Origin: Hormiphora californensis
Taxonomy: Eukaryota > Animalia > Ctenophora
Length of the DNA stretch: 64,000 bases
Reading direction: 5' to 3'
Assembly: GCA_020137815.1 (NCBI GenBank)
Contig: CM035352.1
Coordinates: 6,200,001-6,264,000, forward strand
The notes below the pieces were generated by a model, which was not told the origin of the DNA, did not search any database, and worked only from the letters and a program-made list of their open reading frames with translations. Position numbers and translations under genes: made by a program. Numbering within the stretch: position 1 is the stretch's first letter; each line of letters opens with the position of its first letter. Shown here piece after piece: positions 1 to 11,100 of the stretch.

Positions 1-208
1 TTTTGATTTTGGAGCCAGACACACCATGCGCTGTTAAAATTCTCACCCCCTGTATGGCGGGGCCATACCCCGATTCCCCCCCCCCCTTTCTCACAGTAAC
101 AATCTCGCGCGCCATTTTTACGGCCGTCAAAATGGTGCGCGAGATTACTACTGTGAGAATGGGGGGGGGGGGGGAGAGAATTTTAACAGCGCTGGTGTGT
201 CTGGCTCC
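1..208. mobile_element. Palindromic MITE-like element (may extend left of the window)
   Basis: TTTTGATTTTGGAGCCAGACACACCA..GCGCTGTTAAAATTCTC at the start is the near reverse complement of 176-208. There is also an inner inverted repeat around 90-158. Confidence 0.65.
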
Positions 209-441
209 AAAATCAAAATTTTAATTTTGGTGTAGGTGTGCCGTGTGTGCTGACCCTAATCATTATATTATGTAAATGTAGTTGTAAATGTAAGTTAAAA
301 ACATTTTAGTTTTTCCAGCTTTTCATATACATTGTTTAACTTTTGCCACCATTTGGGGACTATTGGATAATATTTAACCGATTATTTATTGTGGGCAACA
401 TTTTTGCTTGCCAGTGATATGATGCAATGATGCATCATGAT

Positions 442-515
442 CTGTATGGCGGCGCCATACCCCATTTGATTCTCAAATCTGACAGTGCGCTCAGATGGGT
501 CGCGGCGCCAGACAG
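442..515. mobile_element. Micro-MITE family A (CTGTATGG...CAGACAG), 8-bp TSD
   Basis: Flanked by ATCATGAT at 434-441 and 516-523. Related copies at 595, 47295 and 53434. Confidence 0.85.
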
Positions 516-594
516 ATCATGATGTAGTAGGAACATGGGTTGGAAACACACTGAAGTTGGTACTGGTAGCGCGCATTCAACTCTCAACCGCGTG

Positions 595-660
595 CCGGCG
601 GCGCCGCCGACCCCATCTGAGCGCACTGAGAATCGAATGGGGTATGGCGCCGCCATACAG
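595..660. mobile_element. Micro-MITE family A, nested in another palindromic element (~544-760)
   Basis: TSD ACCGCGTG at 587-594 and 661-668. Reverse orientation relative to the 442 copy. Confidence 0.8.
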
Positions 661-1261
661 ACCGCGTGAAACACACTTCGCGGTTCGAACTTAACCGCGA
701 AACTTCAGTGTGTTTCACGCGGTTGAGAGTTGAACGCGTGCGACCAACTTCAGTGTCTCCACTCTCCAGTCTCTACCCACTATAATAGTCGGAATCATGG
801 AAAAATACGACCGTGTACAGACTGGGCTGAACAAATTATTTGGTCTGTATGGCGTCGTTTTGTCCGGTATATACGACTCCATACAGATTCGGTATGGTAT
901 CGTTCTGTATAGTGCCGGTCTGTATGTAGTAGGGGCCGGGGGGGGGGGGGGGGGGGGGGTATTTCTTCGCAGACTCTCTTGGCCGTGGCGTGAGAACAAT
1001 TCTAGCCACTATACATACTTATAATCACTGACACTCACTAGTGAGACTGAGTGTAAGTGATTTATTGGAAAAGGTAAAAAACTCTGATATACCAAGGACA
1101 GTAAATGAAAATCTGACATACATAACATGTGACTCGATTCCTCATTCACATTCCGTTCCGGAAACTGATGTCCATATACTTCATTCACAGATCAAATAAA
1201 TTATCATTACAACTATAAACCCTTTCCTTCAAAAGATGTATCATGCAAGTAGAGGTGTTGT

Positions 1262-4200
1262 TTATAATTGTCCCTGCTTGACAGTTCGGATAGTTTCTGA
1301 GACAGACTTGACAGCTTCATCAATCTTCTCAGGGGGTAGGACGCTGAAAGAAAGCCTAATACAGGGCGAATCTCCTTCCAACTGGAACGCAGCACCTGAA
1401 AAATTAATGTTTTTATAAATACAGAAATCCTTTCTGGGTCTGTCTTTGTGTTTTATCATTTCAGTCCCTCCTACCCAGCCTTGGCCCAACATCAATTGAC
1501 CCATGGTATTTTGAAAATGGCCGTAGTCACCATTGTCTCTAGTTACTAATACTACATAACACTACATTGCACGTCTGACGTCTACAGTTATATGGCCGGA
1601 TTCGACGATGCTTCCGGCAACCCAACTATCTATGTAAACTTTTCCACGAACCCAGTTCGTGGAAAAGTTTACATAGATAGTTGGGTTGCCGGAAGCATCG
1701 TGTGCCTTGGCCTTGCTATATAGCAGCTACGAGTAGTAAAGCAATAGGAGTAAGACAAATATTTACACAGTATGCTACACTGTAACTGACACTGTAACTG
1801 ACACTGTAACTGACACTGTAACTGACACTGTAACTGACACTGTAACTGACACTGTAACTGACACTGTAACTGACACTGTAACTGACAATAGTTTAAATAA
1901 GTTCAAATAAGTAGCTAGACATACAGATCAGATACACAGTGAGAAGTATGCAGTGCATGACAACTTGGCGTGTGGGCTGGAACCTGTCTTGCACTCAGAC
2001 CGGGTCGGCCAGACAGGGTGATATATAGAGTCCCTGTTTAACTTACCAGGCACGATAGCAACTCCCCTATCAATGGACCTCTTAGCAAGTTCAGTGGTAT
2101 CTTTAAATCCATGGAGTTTCACCCAAAAGAACATTCCCGCCTGCAAAATAATAGCAGCTAGTTTGTCATAATCAATCTATCACACGGCAGTGCAGTCAGT
2201 AGTGATCAGTGATAGTTCTAACAGCACTCAGATCAGACAGTAACCCCACACCAACTCCTCTCAGTTACCGGTAACTAAGAGGAGCTGGAGAGGTGTGTGG
2301 CGTAATTACCTCAGGGGCGATCCACGTTCCCAGGTCAGACATGTGTTTGTCCAGTGCTGCTTCTGTAGCATCCCTCTGTTTCTTGTAGTGTCCCGCCACG
2401 GTGTTGGCGTGCTTCAAAAACCCACTGACACCGACCTCTTGGAAAAAGGTCTGGGCTATCACTTGAGACACATTACACGAGTTTAGAAGCGTCACCTGGG
2501 GAGAGAGAGAACATTACATACACCCGGCCCATATCATTGATACGACCTGTATCACATATTTCGTCCTACCCAGCACCCCCCACTCTGCAGCGGGGGGAAC
2601 TCAGGTTCTTCGTGCCAGCTGAGTTCTTCGAGCTCAGTCCCGTTGCCGTGGACCTGGTTGGCTGATGGTCCAGTGATTACGGTCAAATCACACCGGCTCT
2701 CTCCCCAATCTTGGGGAGTAAACTTTGCCAGAGACCTTGCCGAACTCAACTATGGCACCGAGCTCTTGCAGTGCGGCTGGTCCCTGCTGGGATTTGGTTC
2801 GGCGGTCGATTGATGAGCGGTTGGTTGACGATTGATATCAGTCGTTGATCGATCGTTTGTCGGTCGGTCGTCGGGCTGAGTCTTAGTGAGGATCCCGGTT
2901 GAACTGATAATCTCACCCCAGCCAGTAACCTTGTTACACATGGCAACCCATGATTTGTAATCACCGAGGGCCTCTGCCTACTAGGCATGCCTGATGACCC
3001 TTCGGCTGTCTCCCATTTAATTATGGGGGTAAATTCTACGCCAGAGAACTAGCCTCCCTCAATTATGGCAACCCATGATTTGTAATCACCCGGCAGCTGT
3101 AGCCTTTAAAACAGCCCTCCTGTCCAACATCCCATATTGGTCGGACGGAGGTTACCTTCTCTCGCAAAAATAGGGGTTATTCCCCTGGGGAACCTCTGCC
3201 CAAATTTTTGCCACATACTACCTTTGCAGCTCCTCCACTGCCCCGACCTAGATGAGCTACGATACAAGCTCGACTACCAAGATATCATCAACAACATTCT
3301 CACTCCCAGCAACACACTGGATCTGCACAAATTCTCCAGACTAGTATACAGAAGTAACCTATTTGAATAAACCATCCCCAACCATCCCGACCTGAAAGAA
3401 GTAGCAAACCACAGGGCAAGAATCGCTACGGCCGGGGGATTCCAACAAAACCACACAATAAGGGACCCACGATTAAGGTAGGGCAGGTCTGGGCCACAAC
3501 AAAGGGCCACCTCCGCCGTATGGCAAGTAATTACCCCGCAATAGTGCAACCCCTGGGAGCTGATAATTTGCCAAATGCTCACCAGAAGTTTACATAAGCG
3601 TTTTCATGCTTATCTGTGCTTGCTAAGAAATTAGCTGTCCGGACCCCCAGGTTGCATGCTGATAAGTACTGCTAGCGGTTTTGACCAAAGACCTGAGGTG
3701 TGATAAGATATTTCAGCCGTCACCGATTAGATGGTGAACCCACGGTATTGTCATATCCGGCAACCCACCTACCTCTACAGCTCCCTGGAGCAGTAGTAAC
3801 CAAAGACCAGTCTGTGAGACAGGTAAATTCCATCCATTGTCCTGACAATATAGGTATGTCAGTCTAATATTAGATTCACTGTATCAAATACTCTTCTTGT
3901 GATGCCGGCGAAGGTTCGAGGGAAATTTTGAGCTTGCTCGACAAAATACCAGGACCCAAACCGGAACAACATCAACATTATCCCTACGTGTGGGGGACGG
4001 TGGCGAAGAGTGATATTAATATAGGTTGTCTGCCGACCATTGTGGGGCAGTAAAGTGGGAGGAATGACGGGCGGTGCAAAACACACACACACACACACAC
4101 CCCCCACTCTACAGTCTACAAACATGCTCTACATGTACGATCCTTGTTATAGACCTCTTAGTAAGAGTCTTACACCACGTACCCCTGTCAGAGCATTGGC

Positions 4201-5677
4201 CTGACCCTATCCAGTATCCTCATTTCGCGAGAACTGCGGTCAGAGTACTGGCCTTGACAAACATACCGAGTAGTGTCGTTCCAGGTATGGGACCAGGGAG
4301 ATGGGACAAGTGAGGAATCCAATACGAAGTCCAGGGCAGAGTATTTTACTAAGGGAGTCCAATCGGATCACTCTCCCCTCCGTGTCCATGGAGAGAAAAG
4401 TAGTGAGGTCTTTACCGTACTATGGGGAGATGGGGTCATTAATTTTGGATGCCGAAGTAAAGGGGGGGGGGGGGTTATTGTTAGAGGATTGTTTTTAGGC
4501 AGGACATTACTCACATTTAAGAAATAATATGGATCATCCTCTAAAATCAGGAAATCATACTCGCACGCTAGTTCATAAATTTCCCTCCGAGCTTCCTCCG
4601 GGACATTGGCCCCGCTAGGATTACACCCAGTGGGGCACAGAAGGAGTGCTTTTGGCCTTCTCCTGTCTTCTGGCCATGTCTCCAGGGCGTGCCTGAGTGC
4701 AGTCGGAGATAGCCCCCCTACTAGAGGATCCTCTTTAATAGGCACCATCTCAGCATTTAGCGAGTCTACCTGCAATGGGATGTTTTCAACTTAGTTCAAA
4801 CAATAACACCATTTTGGGCTAAATATATGTCCAAATAAGGAGCGTTACCTTGAGCATGTTGGGACAGTACACTGGCTCTGCCAGAAGAACGTAATCACCA
4901 GGATCAATTAGGGCATTGAACATCAGATATGTTCCAAACTCTGCACCGGTTGTTACGATAGTTGCCCGTTCTGATAGGATAAAGTTAGATCAAAGAAAAT
5001 TATAGATATAAGAATTGGCCCGTGTGCATGTGTTCGAGTGCCAATGTCGAATTTATGTTTGTCACCGAGCAGGTGATTCATTGAAACACCGCTCGGTGGC
5101 TGGGTGCCGTTTCATTACTGGGCAATAATAGCAGGTGACGGGGTTACCAATGTGTTTGGGAGGTGCTAGAAGATTAGAAAGGAGATCGGACCACCACTTT
5201 CTCAGTCCATCAATCCCTGACGTCTTGTTATACTGGAGCGCTGTAGACATAGCAGAGCCTTCTATCTGAAATTTAGTAATAATGTCAGAATGATAATGTG
5301 AGTGTGTCAGTGACACTGTCACCCCCTCCCAATGTGTCACGGAATTATTATCCTGTCAGACCAATGCTCTGACAGTTATTATCAGAACAGTAACACGCAC
5401 ACAAACACTCACACATACTACATACCTTGAACGAAGACCCGTCTCTGAGACCAATAGTCATGGACTCGAGGGGGAAGGTAGAGGAGGCGGGAATTCCAGC
5501 AGCCATGGACAGTATCTCCTTATCGGGGGGTAAACTGAACAAATAGTCCGATATCACCCTAATGGGAGAGGGCTTCCTTGCCAGGGCTGTCCGGCTGAGG
5601 AACTTTGTTATTGCTGCTGTTTTCTGCTTCATTGTCGGATCCGTCACATCATCATTATGATCCTGCTGGGACTGCAT
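1262..5677 (-). CDS. AADAT: Kynurenine/alpha-aminoadipate aminotransferase-like PLP-dependent class I aminotransferase, ~8 exons
   Basis: Exons read [65 protein letters not shown] (PLP lysine motif, ~4267-4420), AGMFFWVKL and [12 protein letters not shown] introns. Start is the ATG at 5677 or 5632. Confidence 0.9.
1605..1701. repeat. Perfect palindrome, 47-bp arms, 3-nt spacer
   Basis: ACGATGCTTCCGGCAACCCAACTATCTATGTAAACTTTTCCACGAAC followed by CCA and its exact reverse complement. Confidence 0.9.
1777..1887. repeat. 12-bp minisatellite (ACACTGTAACTG) x ~9
   Basis: Direct tandem repeat. Confidence 0.95.
2521..4100 (+). mobile_element. Putative non-autonomous, highly structured retroelement inside an AADAT intron (antisense to host)
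   Basis: Many G-U-containing hairpins on +. A short ORF remnant [26 protein letters not shown] (3227-3370) resembles a LINE ORF2 C-terminus. Ends in (CA)n at ~4080-4100. Boundaries approximate. Confidence 0.5.
2588..2691 (+). ncRNA. Candidate structured RNA motif (multi-stem junction plus pseudoknot), copy 1
   Basis: Homologous to 13596-13751, with compensatory changes in two stems. Confidence 0.55.
4185..4260. mobile_element. Micro-MITE family B (CTGTCAG...CTGACAG), degenerate
   Basis: Similar to 49760-49827. Degenerate TSD ACGTACCC/ACATACCG, the right copy overlapping an AADAT splice donor. Confidence 0.6.
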
Positions 5678-5952
5678 GGGTGCTGCTGCTGTGGGACTGG
5701 GGAAACACGGGGGAAATGAGACACGTGGGGGGTATCGTTAGAAAATAGATAATTGTTTCAATTCATTTCAAACTTTCCAAGAAATTCAAAAGATGCCTTC
5801 CCAGAAAAAGAAAACAAACACTGGTTATGCTGCTACAAGATGCATATGCATCGACTGTCTATTGGACAAAAAAGCGACCGTCGCAAATTATATTTTTCTA
5901 CTTATCTTATGCTAAACAAACAACGGGAAGCGTGTAGTGGGAAATCAGAGAC

Positions 5953-5955
<3 letters not shown>

Positions 5956-6034
<79 letters not shown>
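5956..6034. repeat. (GA)n microsatellite, representative of many tracts (~25651, 26421, 28180, 29103, 30160, 35558, 36590, 37035, 37525, 49158)
   Basis: Direct dinucleotide repeat. Confidence 0.95.
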
Positions 6035-6037
<3 letters not shown>

Positions 6038-6959
6038 AAAAAACGAAAGGTGAGCAAAGCATAACATTTCTACCACAACGGCATAATAACGTACACGTCT
6101 CATCTCACTATTAATGTCGTGATGGTCAGTATGGAGGGCACTGCAGATGTGTCGTGATGGTCAGATAGTTCATAGTGTGAGGAGCACTGATTAGATCTTC
6201 AGGTCTAGTGCAGGCTGTAGTAATACCTAGCTAACTATATATTACTAGAGGGTTGCATAAACTCCCGATATCACTGTGATGTAGTGTGAGACAGTTTGAT
6301 ACAGTGTGAGACAGTGTGACATTGTCTCACACTGCACTCTCCGAACCGGCTGTATAGTTTGTAACACGGTAACATGCCCCCCTGGCTAGATCAATACCAC
6401 TTGGTAAACAATACAAAGATACTTCCGGTAAATTTCTGGTCGCTGGTGGTAACAGTGGTGGTAACAGGGCGTAGTAAACGGTAAAATATACCAACCGGTG
6501 ATAATTACGGTTCCTAAATAATCGTACCTAATGGGATTACGAACTACGCAACTCACATACCTCCTACATATTAACAACAAGTGGAAAACTGGAACCTTTA
6601 ATCTAATCTGTACCCCATTTTGCTAGTAATACTAGTTTTACAAATATTCCCGAGATGGCCTTATCATGCAACATATATGGGCCCATACTTTATTGGAATC
6701 AAGGATATATGCATTAATTGTCTGATGATGAGTCTCAAAACAACACGAGGTTACCATCTCATTGGTCCGAGAGAAGTTCACTCCGATTTCATTACAGGGT
6801 CTTAACTCCGATTTCATTACAGGATCTTAACTCCGATATCTTGCAGGGTTTTTCATTAATATCACGGGTTGATAGGGGACCTGAAGGAAAGTTATTAATT
6901 AGCTCAATCAATACAGCGGTACGGAGCGCTGTTTTTAATCACTTCTAGGGGAGGCACTG

Positions 6960-8185
6960 TTTAAAATAAAAGTTCTTTTTATTTATTTGTCACAGGCTAG
7001 AGCAAAACAGAAAAGTCTTGTTGCATGTTGCAAGCATAACTCCTATCTAAAACTTGTTTCGTTCAAACACATTTTATAGGAGCTCGTAAAAAGAGGGTTG
7101 AGGTTAACAAGGAACGACTGCTCACTTTTGATTTCATTTTATTTCAGATGGCCATTTCATCTTTCCCACGGTCTTTGCATGGGAAAGGTGCGCGGTGGAA
7201 AAACCGCACTGACAAACAACTCTCATCATAACGGGGTCATCGCGCGCTCCGTTTATGATAAAACTTAGCTATGAGAAGACTTGGGCTGATTGAGCTCAGA
7301 CTCAGAGTAGAAAATCCCCAGAAAATGAGGTAAATTGATAAAATGTGAGAATGAACAGCGCTAATAATGAATACACCAAATTAATTCAAGGTTTTTACCT
7401 GGTAAATCGCACACCGCTATTAACGGGCCTCAAGGTGAATACAGGTTCGCAACTTTCTGAGGGGACACTCTGTATGAGGTGTGCATCTTTCAATCCTGTT
7501 CCACTGACAACTCTGAATGGGGTTACATGGGTTAGTTTAGTGATGTTTCGAGCCCAAAAGGCAGGCAGGTGGCCAGGTTCATACATGCACGTGCAAACAG
7601 GAGATTCTCTACCCCGCCGCTATGGCAACGGAAGTTCACGAAACACCTTCAGTAGTGCTCACCCTTTGTAAACCTGCACGTGCTACTTTTGTTTCCTTTG
7701 TGTTTGTTTGCCAGCTCTCTGTCCCGTTCAGAAGACTGGTGATTGCTGTTATAATCCTTCAGAAATACTACTGCAGCCCACTGTGACACATCCCAAGATG
7801 ATCTGGAGTAGCTGGAGGACTGGAGTATTCATTCTGAAGATCTACAAAACTCACTCGTCTTGGGAATGTGTCACAGTTTGTGCCGCAGTAGTGAGGTTGT
7901 CCCCGATCTTCTGATTTCTTTGCAAACCAGGGAGCAATGTTGTCCAGCTGATCTAGCAATACAATTCCAGTAGAACATGTTATCATGTCAAAACTGGATT
8001 GATATTGGATAACAGCTGAATATCATTGTTCTCTGGTGAGCAAGGGAAAAGGAAGATCGGCCCCACGGGTACCATAAATCCTTGCCTACAAACCAAGTGT
8101 ACACACATGAGGGTTTACCCAATTGTGTCTACATTGGTGAGAAGGTAGGGACAAGTGGCATCTGTTCGTTGTATCTCTCTTCAAC
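6960..8185 (+). ncRNA. Candidate structured non-coding segment (serial long hairpins) upstream of the 158-bp array
   Basis: Hairpins at ~7158-7190, 7225-7259, 7766-7891, 7918-8046 and 8063-8161, with G-U pairs on +. No credible ORF. Confidence 0.45.
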
Positions 8186-11100
8186 ATGGAACGGATTTCA
8201 AGACTTCTCCCCGCCCCCCCCCTCTATCTGGTGAGGGGGCTGCAGTAGAGGGGCAGAGTTTGCCACCTACCCTAGTGATAATAGGGGATGCTCCTAGGCT
8301 CCCCTTTTTATCCGGGGTAGGGACAGACTTTGCCCCTCAATTTTAGATGGAACGGATTTCAAGACTTCTCCCCGCCCCCCCTCTATCTGGTGAGGGGGCT
8401 GCAGTAGAGGGGCAGAGTTTGGCACCTACCCTAGTGATAATAGGGGATGCTCCTAGGCTCCCCTTTTTATCTGGGGTAGGGACAGACTTTGCCCCTCAAT
8501 TTCAGATGGAACAGCTTTCAAGAATTTTCAGCGGCCCCCTCTATCTGGTGAGGGGGCTGCAGTAGAGGGGCAGAGTTTGCCACCTACCCTAGTGATAATA
8601 GGGGATGCCCCTCGGCTCCCCTTTTTATCCGGGGTAGGGACAGACTTTGCCCCTCAATTTTAGATGGAACGGCTTTCAAGACTTCTCAGCGGCCCTCTCT
8701 ATCTGGTGAGCGGGCTGCAGTAGAGGGGCAGAAGATCTACAAAACTCACTCGTCTTGGGAATGTGTCACAGTTTGTGCCGCAGTAGTGAGGTTGTCCCCG
8801 ATCTTCTGATTTCTTTGCAAACCAGGGAGCAATGTTGTCCAGCTGATCTAGCAATACAATTCCAGTAGAACATGTTATCATGTCAAAACTGGATTGATAT
8901 TGGATAACAGCTGAATATCATTGTTCTCTGGTGAGCAAGGGAAAAGGAAGATCGGCCCCACGGGTACCATAAATCCTTGCCTACAAACCAAGTGTACACA
9001 CATGAGGGTTTACCCAATTGTGTCTACATTGGTGAGAAGGTAGGGACAAGTGGCATCTGTTCGTTGTATCTCTCTTCAACATGGAACGGATTTCAAGACT
9101 TCTCCCCGCCCCCCCCCCTCTATCTGGTGAGGGGGCTGCAGTAGAGGGGCAGAGTTTGCCACCTACCCTAGTGATAATAGGGGATGCTCCTAGGCTCCCC
9201 TTTTTATCCAGGGTAGGGGCAGACTTTGCTCCTCAATTTCAGATGGAACGGCTTCCAAGATTTCTCAGCGGCCCCCTCTAGCTGGTGAGGGGGCTGCAGT
9301 AGAGGGACAGAGTTTGTCACCTACCCTTGTGATAAAAGGGGATGCCCCTCGGCTCCCCTTTTTATCCAGGGTAGGGGCAGATTTTGCTCCTCAATTTCAG
9401 ATGGAAAAGCTTTCAAGACTTCTCAGCGGCCCCCTCTATCTGGTGAGGGGGCTGCAGTAGAGGGGCAGAGTTTGCCACCTACCCTAGTGATAATAGGGGA
9501 TGCCCCTCGGCTCCCCTTTTTATCCGGGGTAGGGACAGACTTTGCCCCTCAATTTTAGATGGAACGGCTTTCAAGACTTCTCAGCGGCCCTCTCTATCTG
9601 GTGAGCGGGCTGCAGTAGAGGGGCAGAGTTTGCCACCTACCCTAGTGATAATAGGGGATGCTCCTAGGCTCCCCTTTTTATCCAGGGTAGGGGCAGACTT
9701 TGCTCCTCAATTTCAGATGGAACAGCTTTCAAGACTTCTCAGCGGCCCCCTCTATCTGGTGAGGGGGCTGCAGTAGAGGGGCAGAATTTGCCACCTACCC
9801 TAGTGATAATAGGGGATGCTCCTAGGCTCCCCTTTTTATCCAGGGTGGGGGCAGACTTTGCCCCTCAATTTCAGATGGAACGGCTTCCAAGACTTCTCAG
9901 CGGCCCTCTCTATCTGGTGAGGGGGCTGCAATAGAGGGACAGAGTTTGCCACCTATCCTCGTGATAATAGGGGATGCTCCTAGGCTCCCCTTTTTATCCG
10001 GGTAGGGGTAGACTTTGCTCCTCAATTTCAGATGGAACGGCTTCCAAGACTTCTCAGCGGCCCTCTCTATCTGGTGAGGGGGCTGCAGTAGAGGGGCAGA
10101 ATTTGCCACCTACCCTAGTGATAATAGGGGATGCTCCTAGGCTCCCCTTTTTATCCAGGGTAGGGGGCAGACTTTGCTCCCTCAATTTCAGATGGAACGG
10201 CTTCCAAGACTTCTCAGCGGCCCCCTCTATCTGGTGAGGGGGCTGCAGTAGAGGGGCAGAGTTTGCCACCTATCCTAGTGATAATAGGGGATGCTCCTAG
10301 GCTCCCCTTTTTATCCAGGGTAGGGGCAGACTTTGCTCCTCAATTTCAGATGGAACGGCTTCCAAGACTTCTCAGCGGCCCCCTCTATCTGGTGAGGGGG
10401 CTGCAGTAGAGGGGCAGAGTTTGCCACCTATCCTAGTGATAATAGGGGATGCTCCTAGGCTCCCCTTTTTATCCGGGTAGGGGTAGACTTTGCTCCTCAA
10501 TTTCAGATGGAACGGCTTCCAAGACTTCTCAGCGGCCCTCTCTATCTGGTGAGGGGGCTGCAGTAGAGGGGCAGAATTTGCCACCTACCCTAGTGATAAT
10601 AGGGGATGCTCCTAGGCTCCCCTTTTTATCCAGGGTGGGGGCAGACTTTGTCCCTCAATTTCAGATGGAACGGCTTCCAAGACTTCTCAGCGGCCCCCTC
10701 TATCTGGTGAGGGGGCTGCAGTAGAGGGGCAGAGTTTGCCAACTACCCTAGTGATAATAGGGGATGCTCCTAGGCTCCCCTTTTTATCCAGGGTAGGGGC
10801 AGACTTTGCTCCTCAATTTCAGATGGAACGGCTTCCAAGATTTCTCAGCGGCCCCCTCTAGCTGGTGAGGGGGCTGCAGTAGAGGGACAGAGTTTGTCAC
10901 CTACCCTTGTGATAAAAGGGGATGCCCCTCGGCTCCCCTTTTTATCCAGGGTAGGGGCAGATTTTGCTCCTCAATTTCAGATGGAAAAGCTTTCAAGACT
11001 TCTCAGCGGCCCCCTCTATCTGGTGAGGGGGCTGCAGTAGAGGGGCAGAGTTTGCCACCTATCCTAGTGATAATAGGGGATGCTCCTAGGCTCCCCTTTT

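Noticed and set aside
2991-3010. CTGATGA hammerhead core
   Set aside because: No stem II followed by GAAA.
3680-3720. Group I intron R/S-like words (AAAGACCTGA, AAGATAT)
   Set aside because: No P7 pairing or P/Q elements could be built by eye.
7790-7830. QDDLE*LEDWS resembling an RT thumb motif
   Set aside because: Isolated, contains a stop codon, and has no flanking RT motifs.
8227-8360. Hammerhead ribozyme in the satellite (CTGGTGAG resembles CUGAUGA)
   Set aside because: The core A is substituted, the motif overlaps a hairpin loop and stem, and there is no GAAA/UH arrangement.
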